Shown piece after piece: positions 56,619 to 64,000 of a stretch of DNA of 64,000 nucleotides. The stretch is from positions 11,317 through 75,316 of the forward strand of contig JBIPPB010000001.1 of assembly GCA_044368655.1 (NCBI GenBank). The letters are read 5' to 3'. Made by a program: the position numbers and the translations under genes. The DNA is from Chitinophagales bacterium. GTDB lineage: Bacteria > Bacteroidota > Bacteroidia > Chitinophagales > JADJOU01. The notes below the pieces were generated by a model. That model was not told the DNA's origin. It did no database searches and saw only the letters and a list, made by a program, of their open reading frames with translations. The stretch's first letter is position 1, and the number at the start of each line of letters is the position of its first letter.

Positions 56619-57230
56619 ATGTTTTTTCCCAACATTTTAAATGCGTACCGAAAAATGTATTTAAAATATCGTACTTTAAGCAATCTTAATGCTATTTATT
56701 ACTTGCATATTTTAGAAAATTATCCAGGGATAACCGTTAACGAAATTACTTTAAAGTTAAACGGAAGCCAACCTATAGTGAGTCAAAACTTAGCCGTATT
56801 ACGAAAATCAGGTTTTGTTAAACAAAAAAAATCAGGAAGAAACGTTTTTTACTATATCAATTATGAAGAAATTGATCAATTTCTTCAATTATCTCACAAT
56901 ATATTTAATGTTACTTTAGAAAATCTGTCTGAAAATAGATATGAATCTTTAATGAAATTAAAACCCCTTCTCAAAAAAAGCTATTTATTATTTAAATCCT
57001 TAACGAATAAAAAAAGAATCTACATTTTGGATTTTTTATATAAAAATAAAGCAGCAAAAATTAATGAAATGGCCGAAATTCTCGAAATGGACAGCCCAAC
57101 GATTTCATTTTATCTCAAAGACTTTAAATCAATAGGAGCTATACAAACAAAAAATAGTGGGAAACAAAAAATTCAATTACTCAATGTTGATTTTTTTGAA
57201 AAACTACACCAACATATAACTAACGTATAA
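56619..57230 (+). CDS. Tandem double ArsR/SmtB-type winged-HTH protein
   Basis: 203 aa with two similar halves: ITVNEITLKLNGSQPIVSQNLAVLRKSGFVKQKKSGRNVFY and AKINEMAEILEMDSPTISFYLKDFKSIGAIQTKNSGKQ. Confidence 0.65.
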   Translation: MFFPNILNAYRKMYLKYRTLSNLNAIYYLHILENYPGITVNEITLKLNGSQPIVSQNLAVLRKSGFVKQKKSGRNVFYYINYEEIDQFLQLSHNIFNVTLENLSENRYESLMKLKPLLKKSYLLFKSLTNKKRIYILDFLYKNKAAKINEMAEILEMDSPTISFYLKDFKSIGAIQTKNSGKQKIQLLNVDFFEKLHQHITNV

Positions 57231-57275
57231 TCTTCTATTAGGGCAACTTTTTCAAAATTTTTAATCATTATTTTC

Positions 57276-57283
57276 TATATTTG
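57276..57283 (+). promoter_or_regulatory. Candidate -7 promoter box (TATATTTG)
   Basis: The TAnnTTTG match overlaps the track's TTG start at 57281, so the real start is probably ATG 57296 or 57302. Confidence 0.5.
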
Positions 57284-57295
57284 TGGTTCAATCAA

Positions 57296-57529
57296 ATGAT
57301 CATGTGGATAGAACAAGATAATATGCTCAAAAAAACTTTTGAGTTTAAGGATTTTACAGAAGCTTTTGCGTTTATGACTCGAGTCGCATTTTTGGCCGAA
57401 AAACATCAACATCATCCAAACTGGTCTAATGTTTATCATCGAGTAGAAATTGCTCTAACCACACATGATGCAGGAAATATTGTAACCGAAAAAGATTACA
57501 AGCTTGCAAAAGAAATTGATTTAATTTAA
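57296..57529 (+). CDS. Pterin-4a-carbinolamine dehydratase
   Basis: PCD signature [42 protein letters not shown]. Confidence 0.88.
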   Translation: MIMWIEQDNMLKKTFEFKDFTEAFAFMTRVAFLAEKHQHHPNWSNVYHRVEIALTTHDAGNIVTEKDYKLAKEIDLI

Positions 57530-57542
57530 TAAACACCCTTTT

Positions 57543-58205
57543 ATGACTTTAAGAATATTAGCCCTATTTTTATTATTTGCCAATACCAACAATGCGCAAA
57601 ATATCGAAGATTTATCCAATAAATTTTGGAGATTAAAATCGGCTACGATAAACGGAAATTATTACGACTTTAGTAATGATATCAATGTAGCGCCTACGAT
57701 GCAGTTTAGCGGTGGGAATATTAGAGGAAATGGAGGCTGCAATGCATATCATACTAAATTTACATTATTCGACCGCGCCATTGAGTTTGATTTTATAAAA
57801 TCAACGAAAATGGCATGTAATAACTTAAAAATAAATGAAAATGAATACTTTGAAGCATTAGCTCAGCGTCAAAACACGTTTTTTTATTCCGATCGAAACG
57901 AGTTGGTTTTAAAAAATATTTCCGGCGATGTACTTACTTTCTTTTCACAATTTGCACGTTCTGAAAATTCAATTACGACACCTCCTGTTTATAGAGAATC
58001 GAGAAATACAAAAATTAAAGAAAGTAAAAAAGAGCGAGGAAAAAAAGGAAAGAAAGGGAAAAAAGGAAAAAGAGAGAAAAATAAAAAAGATAAAAAATCT
58101 AAAAAGTCTAAAAACAAAAAAGAACGCGGTAAAAAAGGAAAAAAATCAAATTCTAAAAAAGATAAAAAGAGTTCAAAGAAAGAAAAAGGAAAAAAAAGAC
58201 ACTAA
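57543..58205 (+). CDS. META (HslJ-like) domain protein with a 64-residue poly-lysine C-terminal tail
   Basis: Signal peptide. META motifs GGCNAYHTKF and STKMAC. The tail KIKESKKERGKKGKKGKKGKREKNKKDKKSKKSKNKKERGKKGKKSNSKKDKKSSKKEKGKKRH has 34 Lys in 64 residues by my count. Confidence 0.8.
   Translation: MTLRILALFLLFANTNNAQNIEDLSNKFWRLKSATINGNYYDFSNDINVAPTMQFSGGNIRGNGGCNAYHTKFTLFDRAIEFDFIKSTKMACNNLKINENEYFEALAQRQNTFFYSDRNELVLKNISGDVLTFFSQFARSENSITTPPVYRESRNTKIKESKKERGKKGKKGKKGKREKNKKDKKSKKSKNKKERGKKGKKSNSKKDKKSSKKEKGKKRH
58036..58081 (+). repeat. 46-nt uninterrupted polypurine run within a ~230-nt purine-rich tract
   Basis: gaggaaaaaaaggaaagaaagggaaaaaaggaaaaagagagaaaaa. The tract spans roughly 57991..58221 and contains several A6-A8 homopolymers. 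Confidence 0.9.
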
Positions 58206-58224
58206 GAAAAAGAAAAAATAAACT

Positions 58225-59874
58225 ATGAGCGAGAAGGAATCTTCATTAAATTTTATAGAAGAAATAATATCTAATGATCTTGAAAGTAAAAAATACGAGA
58301 GCATTATCACACGTTTTCCTCCAGAACCAAATGGTTATCTTCATTTAGGTCATGCGAGTAGTATTTGCTTAAATTTTGGACTTACGAAAACGTTTCCGGG
58401 TTCTACCAATCTTAGATTTGACGATACCAACCCGACAACCGAAGAAACCGAATATGTAGAGAGTATTAAAAAAGATATTCAATGGCTTGGTTTTGAATGG
58501 AAAAACGAGTTATATGCGAGCGATTATTTTGATACACTTTATAACTATGCAGTTAAATTAATTCAAAATAATTATGCATATGTTTGTGATTTGACAAGTG
58601 ATGAAATTGCAAACCAAAAAGGAAATCATACCACACCAGGCGTAAATAGTCCGTATAGAAATCGATCGGTTGAAGAAAATTTAAGCCTTTTTGAAGCGAT
58701 GAAAAATGGCAAATTTGAAGATGGAACAAAAACACTTCGTGCTAAAATAGATATGTCGCATCCTAATTTATTGATGCGAGATCCTATCATTTATAGAATA
58801 AAACATGCGCACCATCATAGAACGGGAAACAAATGGTGTATTTATCCGATGTATGATTTTGCTCATGGGCAAAGTGATAGTATCGAAAATATTACCCATT
58901 CCATTTGCACCATGGAATTTATTCCGCACCGAGAACTTTATGATTGGTTGATTGAAAAGTTGGAAATTTATCCTTCAAAACAATACGAATTTGCTAGAAG
59001 AAATATCAATTATACGGTAACCAGCAAACGTAAATTGCTTCAATTGGTAAATGAAAAATTTGTTGATGGTTGGGACGATCCAAGAATGCCTACCATAAGT
59101 GGAATGCGCCGAAGAGGCTATACGCCATGGAGCATTCGTGAGTTTTGCAAACGAATTGGCATTGGCAAACGTGAAAATATGGTGGATGTTGGTCTTTTGG
59201 AGTTTTGTGTGCGTGAAGATTTGAATAAAATATCGAAAAGAGTAATGGCTGTTTTAGAGCCTATTAAATTAACCATTGAAAACTATCCCGAAGGACAAGA
59301 AGAATTTCTACCTACCGAAAATAATCCTGAAAAACCTGAAGAAGGTTCTAGAAATATTCCTTTTTCAAAAACACTTTGGATTGAACGCGAAGATTTTGCG
59401 GAGTTTCCAGAAAAAAAATGGTTTCGATTAGCTCCCGGTGCAATGGTACGATTAAAAAGTGCCTATATTATTGAGTGTACAGATTTTAAAAAAGATGCAG
59501 ATGGAAATATTATTGAAATCATTGTAAAATATTTTCCGGATAGCAAAAGTGGTTCAGATAGCAGTGGACTTAAAGCAAAAGGCGTAATTCATTGGGTTTC
59601 GGCGGCGCATGCTAAAACGGCACAAATCAATCTTTACGACCGTTTGTTTCGAGTAGAAGATCCAAGCCAAGAAGAAGGTGATTTTAAAGATTTTATCAAT
59701 CCAAACTCTTTGACTGTTATTCAAAATGCGTATATCGAACCCGAACTTGCTCATGCAAAAATTGGAGATTATTTTCAATTTTTACGTAAAGGATATTTTG
59801 TGTTGGATAAAAATAGTTCCATAGATACACCTATTTTCAATTTAACGGTTGGTCTAAAAGATAATTGGAAGTAA
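58225..59874 (+). CDS. glnS: Glutamine--tRNA ligase
   Basis: 549 aa. Class I HIGH region PEPNGYLHLGHA and a KMSKS-like VTSKRKL. Confidence 0.95.
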   Translation: MSEKESSLNFIEEIISNDLESKKYESIITRFPPEPNGYLHLGHASSICLNFGLTKTFPGSTNLRFDDTNPTTEETEYVESIKKDIQWLGFEWKNELYASDYFDTLYNYAVKLIQNNYAYVCDLTSDEIANQKGNHTTPGVNSPYRNRSVEENLSLFEAMKNGKFEDGTKTLRAKIDMSHPNLLMRDPIIYRIKHAHHHRTGNKWCIYPMYDFAHGQSDSIENITHSICTMEFIPHRELYDWLIEKLEIYPSKQYEFARRNINYTVTSKRKLLQLVNEKFVDGWDDPRMPTISGMRRRGYTPWSIREFCKRIGIGKRENMVDVGLLEFCVREDLNKISKRVMAVLEPIKLTIENYPEGQEEFLPTENNPEKPEEGSRNIPFSKTLWIEREDFAEFPEKKWFRLAPGAMVRLKSAYIIECTDFKKDADGNIIEIIVKYFPDSKSGSDSSGLKAKGVIHWVSAAHAKTAQINLYDRLFRVEDPSQEEGDFKDFINPNSLTVIQNAYIEPELAHAKIGDYFQFLRKGYFVLDKNSSIDTPIFNLTVGLKDNWK

Positions 59875-59876
59875 GA

Positions 59877-62051
59877 TTATTTACTTATCCAATCTAATAC
59901 AATTTGTCTGTATGCTTCTTTATTGTAAAACCAATAAATAGGAGAAATCACAAAAACTTCAACATCGTTTTGGATACAATTTTGGATAATCGAAAATTGT
60001 TTTTCGCTTGGAATTAATATCGTAAACCATTTTTTTGTATTTGAGGTTTTATAAAATAGTATAGAGTCGATATAAATAGTTTGCAATATTATATTTTCTG
60101 CTTCAAGGTCACTTTTTATAGATGATGCTGTCGAATTCAAATCTTTTTTAATTTCATAAAAATCATTGCCTTTACCTTCTACTTTGATTTGTTTGCTATG
60201 ATTTTGAAAATTCGTTTTTTTAGATAACATAGTTTTTAAATCTAAATCAACTACCCAATCAAACTGATTTTTAGAGGTTTCCGAAATTTGATTTTCATTT
60301 TTGTTGCAAATTACTATGGGTTTCAACGCATTTTTTTGACATGTCAATAACTTTAAACCATTTTCATTTTTTAAATTATTAGCCTCTGTAAATAATGCCT
60401 CTATTCGATTTTGATTATAATGTTTTTTTAATTTTTCAAACTTATTTTCGATGATAAAAAGCCAATTGGCTTCCATTTTTTGCCTAGACAATGTATCCAT
60501 TTCCATAAAATAGTATGGAAATGTTGGGTCAAAATATAAAAATAATGTTTTATTTTCATTCCAAAAATGGTCTAAAATTTTCTTATACATTGAAAATTCA
60601 ATTTCTTCCGTTTTTACATTATTCTCAAAAACGAAATATTGTATTGATTCTGGAGCCTTTTTGATTTGTTTAAACAATTCAAATGCTTGTTTAAGCTGCT
60701 TACTATCAATAGATTGAATCCAATTTTTGATTTGAAGTATCGAGAAGTTTTCATAAGAATCCAATACTGGATACATTAAAATCTTAAAGCTGCTTAATTG
60801 ATTTTTTGCTGTTTTATTTAAAGAAAATGAAGTATGATTTAGTTTATCATATTTGCATAAAATCGGGTTTAAAAATGAAAAAGAGTATGAATAATATATT
60901 TCGAACTGCTTTTCTAATTTTTCGCATTTTTTCTTATACAAATTTAAACTTAAAATTTTTCTTTGAAGTACCTTAAAATTAACCTTTGGATTAAGATTAA
61001 AATGTTCTTGATATTTTTCTAAGAAGATTTTTTTTGGAACCGAAATTTGGAGGTCATTTTCCAATTCGATACTTAGTTTTTGGAGCGAATCCGAATTTAA
61101 AAAAACATTTTTTAATCCAACTTGTTTTGCTTTATCACTATACTTTTCATTGATATTTTTAATTTTTAGACATTTTTTTTCATAAGCAAACCTGTTTTTT
61201 GAATCTTTTTTTAATAAACTTTTTAATCGACGGGTTTTAAATAATTTCTGCATTTCTTGTTCTAATTCCGCTTCAATAATCGAAGATAATGGCATGTCGG
61301 AGGCATCCAATTTTCTAAATTCAATCTCCATTTTATTTGCCAATTGTTCTATTTTTTTGAGCTGGCTTACTAACGCTACGTAATTAAAATGCTGAAATAC
61401 AAAGGATTTTATCTCAAAAATAAAAGGATTTGCTTGTTGCTTAAAATCGAGAAATTCTTGATATTGTCTTTTATAATTTTTCCAATCTTGATAAGAAGGC
61501 ACTTTATGCAATGGTATTTTTGTGTCATAAAAATACGGAAGTGCATATAACTTTTCCAAAAGTTCATAAACTAAAAATGGCGCGTTTTTAATTTTTAGAT
61601 TTAATATTTGATTATGTTTTTTTATTAAACTTTTAAGATGTTGTTCTTTATTTTTAAAATACAACGCATGTTTTTTTAAATATCTTACATTCTGTTCAAC
61701 AATATTTATTGCTTTTATTGAGCCCTCTATTTGATGAATGATATCATTTTTATCCGAAAATTGATTTAAAACTAAAGGTTTAAGATAATTTGCTTTCAAA
61801 ATTTCACTCAATAAACGTTCATCCGATTTATTGTTGAACGTTATTAATATAGATTCATTTTTTTGTAAAGAAAATGCCAAAATATTAATTAAATATTGCT
61901 CTATAAAAACATCTAAACGACTATCAATCTGAAAGGATAATCCTTCATACAACAAAGTAAACAGTTCTTTTTCATGACTTTGAATCGGCTTTACAGGTAA
62001 AAAATCATCATGAAAATTTAGCATTTTTTTGTAACTATTATAATTTATCAA
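59877..62051 (-). CDS. Large hypothetical protein (724 aa), Lys/Asn/Phe-rich
   Basis: Long uninterrupted ORF. I could find no Walker A, HExxH or other catalytic motif and no signal peptide. Confidence 0.6.
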   Translation of the reverse strand: MINYNSYKKMLNFHDDFLPVKPIQSHEKELFTLLYEGLSFQIDSRLDVFIEQYLINILAFSLQKNESILITFNNKSDERLLSEILKANYLKPLVLNQFSDKNDIIHQIEGSIKAINIVEQNVRYLKKHALYFKNKEQHLKSLIKKHNQILNLKIKNAPFLVYELLEKLYALPYFYDTKIPLHKVPSYQDWKNYKRQYQEFLDFKQQANPFIFEIKSFVFQHFNYVALVSQLKKIEQLANKMEIEFRKLDASDMPLSSIIEAELEQEMQKLFKTRRLKSLLKKDSKNRFAYEKKCLKIKNINEKYSDKAKQVGLKNVFLNSDSLQKLSIELENDLQISVPKKIFLEKYQEHFNLNPKVNFKVLQRKILSLNLYKKKCEKLEKQFEIYYSYSFSFLNPILCKYDKLNHTSFSLNKTAKNQLSSFKILMYPVLDSYENFSILQIKNWIQSIDSKQLKQAFELFKQIKKAPESIQYFVFENNVKTEEIEFSMYKKILDHFWNENKTLFLYFDPTFPYYFMEMDTLSRQKMEANWLFIIENKFEKLKKHYNQNRIEALFTEANNLKNENGLKLLTCQKNALKPIVICNKNENQISETSKNQFDWVVDLDLKTMLSKKTNFQNHSKQIKVEGKGNDFYEIKKDLNSTASSIKSDLEAENIILQTIYIDSILFYKTSNTKKWFTILIPSEKQFSIIQNCIQNDVEVFVISPIYWFYNKEAYRQIVLDWISK

Positions 62052-62086
62052 AAATAAAAAAACTAAATCAATAGCTCAATGTTTTT

Positions 62087-62094
62087 TAAATTTG
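62087..62094 (+). promoter_or_regulatory. Candidate -7 promoter box (TAAATTTG)
   Basis: The TAnnTTTG match lies inside the track ORF's N-terminal extension, which supports ATG 62109 as the start. Confidence 0.5.
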
Positions 62095-62108
62095 TAAAAA
62101 ACTACGAT

Positions 62109-62795
62109 ATGTCTAAAACATTTTTATTTATAGGTGCTTCCAGCGATATTGCTAATTCGGCTTTATTAGCCTTAAAGTCTGAAAATCACAAAGTTATTGG
62201 TATTTCTAGAAATGCCAGCGAACATGAATTTGATAATTTTTATACCATAGAAAAATACGACACGGATCATCTACCTGAAATTGAAGAAACTATTGATGGG
62301 CTGGTTTATTTTCCTGGTTCTATTGTATTAAAATCATTTTCTCAATTAAAAAAAGAGGATTATATAAATGACTTAGAAATCAATACTTTAGGTGCTGTTA
62401 TGAGTATACAAAAATACCTTCCTAATCTTAAAAAATCATTGACTCCGTCTATTGTTTTAATTAGTTCTGTTGCCACGCATATTGGTTTACCGTTCCACTG
62501 TTCGATTAGTTTAGCCAAAGCGGGCCTCGAAGGTTTTGCAAAAGCTTTATCTGCCGAATTAGCACCAAAAGTTCGTGTAAACATCGTGTCTCCTTCGCTT
62601 ACAAATACTAAGTTAGCGAGCAAATTGCTAAATACTCCCGAAAAAATTGAACAAGCTCAAAAAAGAAATCCACTACAAAAAGTAGGAAGTACCGAAGATA
62701 TTGCAAACGCAATTTGTTTTTTACTTTCCGAAAAAAGTCAATGGATTACAGGACAAAATATTCAAGTAGACGGTGGTATGGCGGCTATAAAGTAA
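62109..62795 (+). CDS. Short-chain dehydrogenase/reductase-like protein (atypical active site)
   Basis: Motifs FIGASSDIANSA and NIVSPSLTNT. The position of the catalytic YxxxK reads ISLAK (Ile instead of Tyr). Confidence 0.7.
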   Translation: MSKTFLFIGASSDIANSALLALKSENHKVIGISRNASEHEFDNFYTIEKYDTDHLPEIEETIDGLVYFPGSIVLKSFSQLKKEDYINDLEINTLGAVMSIQKYLPNLKKSLTPSIVLISSVATHIGLPFHCSISLAKAGLEGFAKALSAELAPKVRVNIVSPSLTNTKLASKLLNTPEKIEQAQKRNPLQKVGSTEDIANAICFLLSEKSQWITGQNIQVDGGMAAIK

Positions 62796-62808
62796 TATAT
62801 CAATATAA

Positions 62809-64000
62809 TTACTGATTTTCATACGCCTCTAAAATATCAATAGCACTTTGCGCAATGATGCTTCCAGGGCCAAAAATATGTTTTACACCAATTTGATATA
62901 AATCTTGATAGTCTTTTTGAGGGATGACACCTCCGGCAATGATGATTATTTCTTCACTTTCTTCTTTTTTCAAAATATCAATAAGCTGCTTAATCAAAGA
63001 TTTGTGACCTCCTGCCAAAGAAGAAATACCCAAAAAGTGTACATCATTCTCTATGGCTTGTTTGGCTACTTCTTCAGGTGTTTGAAAAAGAGGACTTATA
63101 TCTACATCAAATCCTAAATCTGCAAACGCTGTTGCAATAACTTTTGCGCCTCGGTCGTGGCCATCCTGTCCCATTTTGGCAACCATAATACGTGGCCTTC
63201 TTCCATTTTTTTTTGCAAATTGATTGCTTAATTCCAAAGCCTTTTGATAGAGTGCATTATCTTTCATTTCTTTATTAAAAATGCCTGAGATTAAATTGTT
63301 TTGTGCCGTATATCTTCCAAAAATATTTTCTAACGCTTTTGAAATTTCGCCCAATGTAGCTCGATGTCGTGCCGCTTCAACCGCAATTTCTAAAATATTC
63401 ATCGAATCATCCGAAGCTGCTTTCTCCAATTGACTTAAAAGCGCCTCCACTTTTTCTTGATTCCGCGTTAATTTAATTTGTGTCAAACGGGATTTTTGAG
63501 CATTTAAAACCTCAAAATTATCAATAGATAGCACCTCAATATCGGTTACTTGATCGGTTTTATATTTATTTACCCCAACAATGGTATCCACTCCTGCATC
63601 AATTTTAGCTTGTTTTTTGGCTGCACTTTCTTCAATACGCATTTTAGGAATTCCTTTTTCAATAGCAGCGGTCATACCCCCATATTGCTCGACTTCTTGC
63701 ATTAAAATCCGTGCCTTTTCTATTAATTCGTGCGTAAGATATTCTACATAATGACTTCCAGCCCATGGGTCGATAGCTTTGGTAATTCCTGTATTTTTTT
63801 GTAAATAAATTTGAGTATATCGCGCAATAGCTGCAGAATAATCAGTAGGTAAAGCGATCGCCTCATCTAAAGCATTGGTATGCAAACTCTGCGTTCCCCC
63901 AAATGCTGCAGCTAAGGCTTCGGTCGTCGTTCTTGAAATATTATTGTATGGATCTTGTTCGGTCAAACTCCACCCACTCGTTTGACAGTGCGCTCTCAAT
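62809..64000 (-). CDS. Methylmalonyl-CoA mutase large subunit, C-terminal part (5' end off window)
   Basis: [43 protein letters not shown], followed by a B12-binding domain with [11 protein letters not shown]. The track's initial M is an internal TTG, and the reading frame continues past 64000. Confidence 0.92.
   Translation of the reverse strand, partial: LRAHCQTSGWSLTEQDPYNNISRTTTEALAAAFGGTQSLHTNALDEAIALPTDYSAAIARYTQIYLQKNTGITKAIDPWAGSHYVEYLTHELIEKARILMQEVEQYGGMTAAIEKGIPKMRIEESAAKKQAKIDAGVDTIVGVNKYKTDQVTDIEVLSIDNFEVLNAQKSRLTQIKLTRNQEKVEALLSQLEKAASDDSMNILEIAVEAARHRATLGEISKALENIFGRYTAQNNLISGIFNKEMKDNALYQKALELSNQFAKKNGRRPRIMVAKMGQDGHDRGAKVIATAFADLGFDVDISPLFQTPEEVAKQAIENDVHFLGISSLAGGHKSLIKQLIDILKKEESEEIIIIAGGVIPQKDYQDLYQIGVKHIFGPGSIIAQSAIDILEAYENQ

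Noticed and set aside
57928-58221. 97-aa plus-strand ORF in an alternative frame of the polypurine tract
   Set aside because: It is another reading frame of the same A/G-rich DNA (K/E/R-rich by composition alone) and has no independent start context. The META-domain frame is continuous with a recognisable domain.

Overview
Visibly AT-rich (roughly one-third G+C by eye, not computed), densely coded chromosomal segment that looks like a Bacteroidota (Flavobacteriia-type) genome. Many genes have the Bacteroidetes -7 promoter box TAnnTTTG 17-25 nt upstream of the start. A 1685-aa gingipain-like (C25) protease with a T9SS-type C-terminal beta-sandwich is also present. I call about 66 protein genes, including three that the supplied track misses: rpmH, a 51-codon lipoprotein ORF, and a partial membrane-protein gene at the left edge. 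There is one tRNA-Ser(UGA) and three clear rho-independent terminators. I recognised no rRNA, CRISPR array, transposase, integrase or reverse transcriptase. Most of the window is housekeeping: mscL, ppa, rpmH-rnpA-yidD, apbC/mrp, metK, Leu dehydrogenase, nusB, queE, gpx, ccp, rseP, a DEAD-box helicase, ribE-dnaG, tgt, aroD, lgt-ugd-uxs, tsaB, glnS and a partial methylmalonyl-CoA mutase. The stand-out region is 26.99-32.93 kb. The last ~130 nt of dnaG occur twice in direct orientation (57-nt perfect core, flanks differing mostly at synonymous sites). They bracket a 5.7-kb same-strand gene block that behaves like an integrated island but carries no recombinase. Inside the island, three gene groups are each preceded by copies of one repeat family (two ~154-bp copies at about 92% identity, plus a 41-nt leader shared by two genes). 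The cargo is a translationally coupled TM2 / DUF2752 / small membrane protein / M48 metalloprotease operon, a coupled DUF2233 (phosphodiester glycosidase) / ADP-ribosylglycohydrolase pair, and two small secreted proteins. Other items worth a second look: a permuted palindromic (BIME-like) intergenic repeat present twice; a 32-bp near-perfect palindrome upstream of the Leu dehydrogenase gene; a META-domain protein with a 64-residue poly-lysine tail encoded by a long polypurine tract; a three-gene secreted-protein operon (LPP20-like / DUF4476); an SMR-like protein with Gln at the essential Glu14 position; and a 724-aa orphan protein. All family assignments rest on motifs I recognise by eye, and no database search was run.
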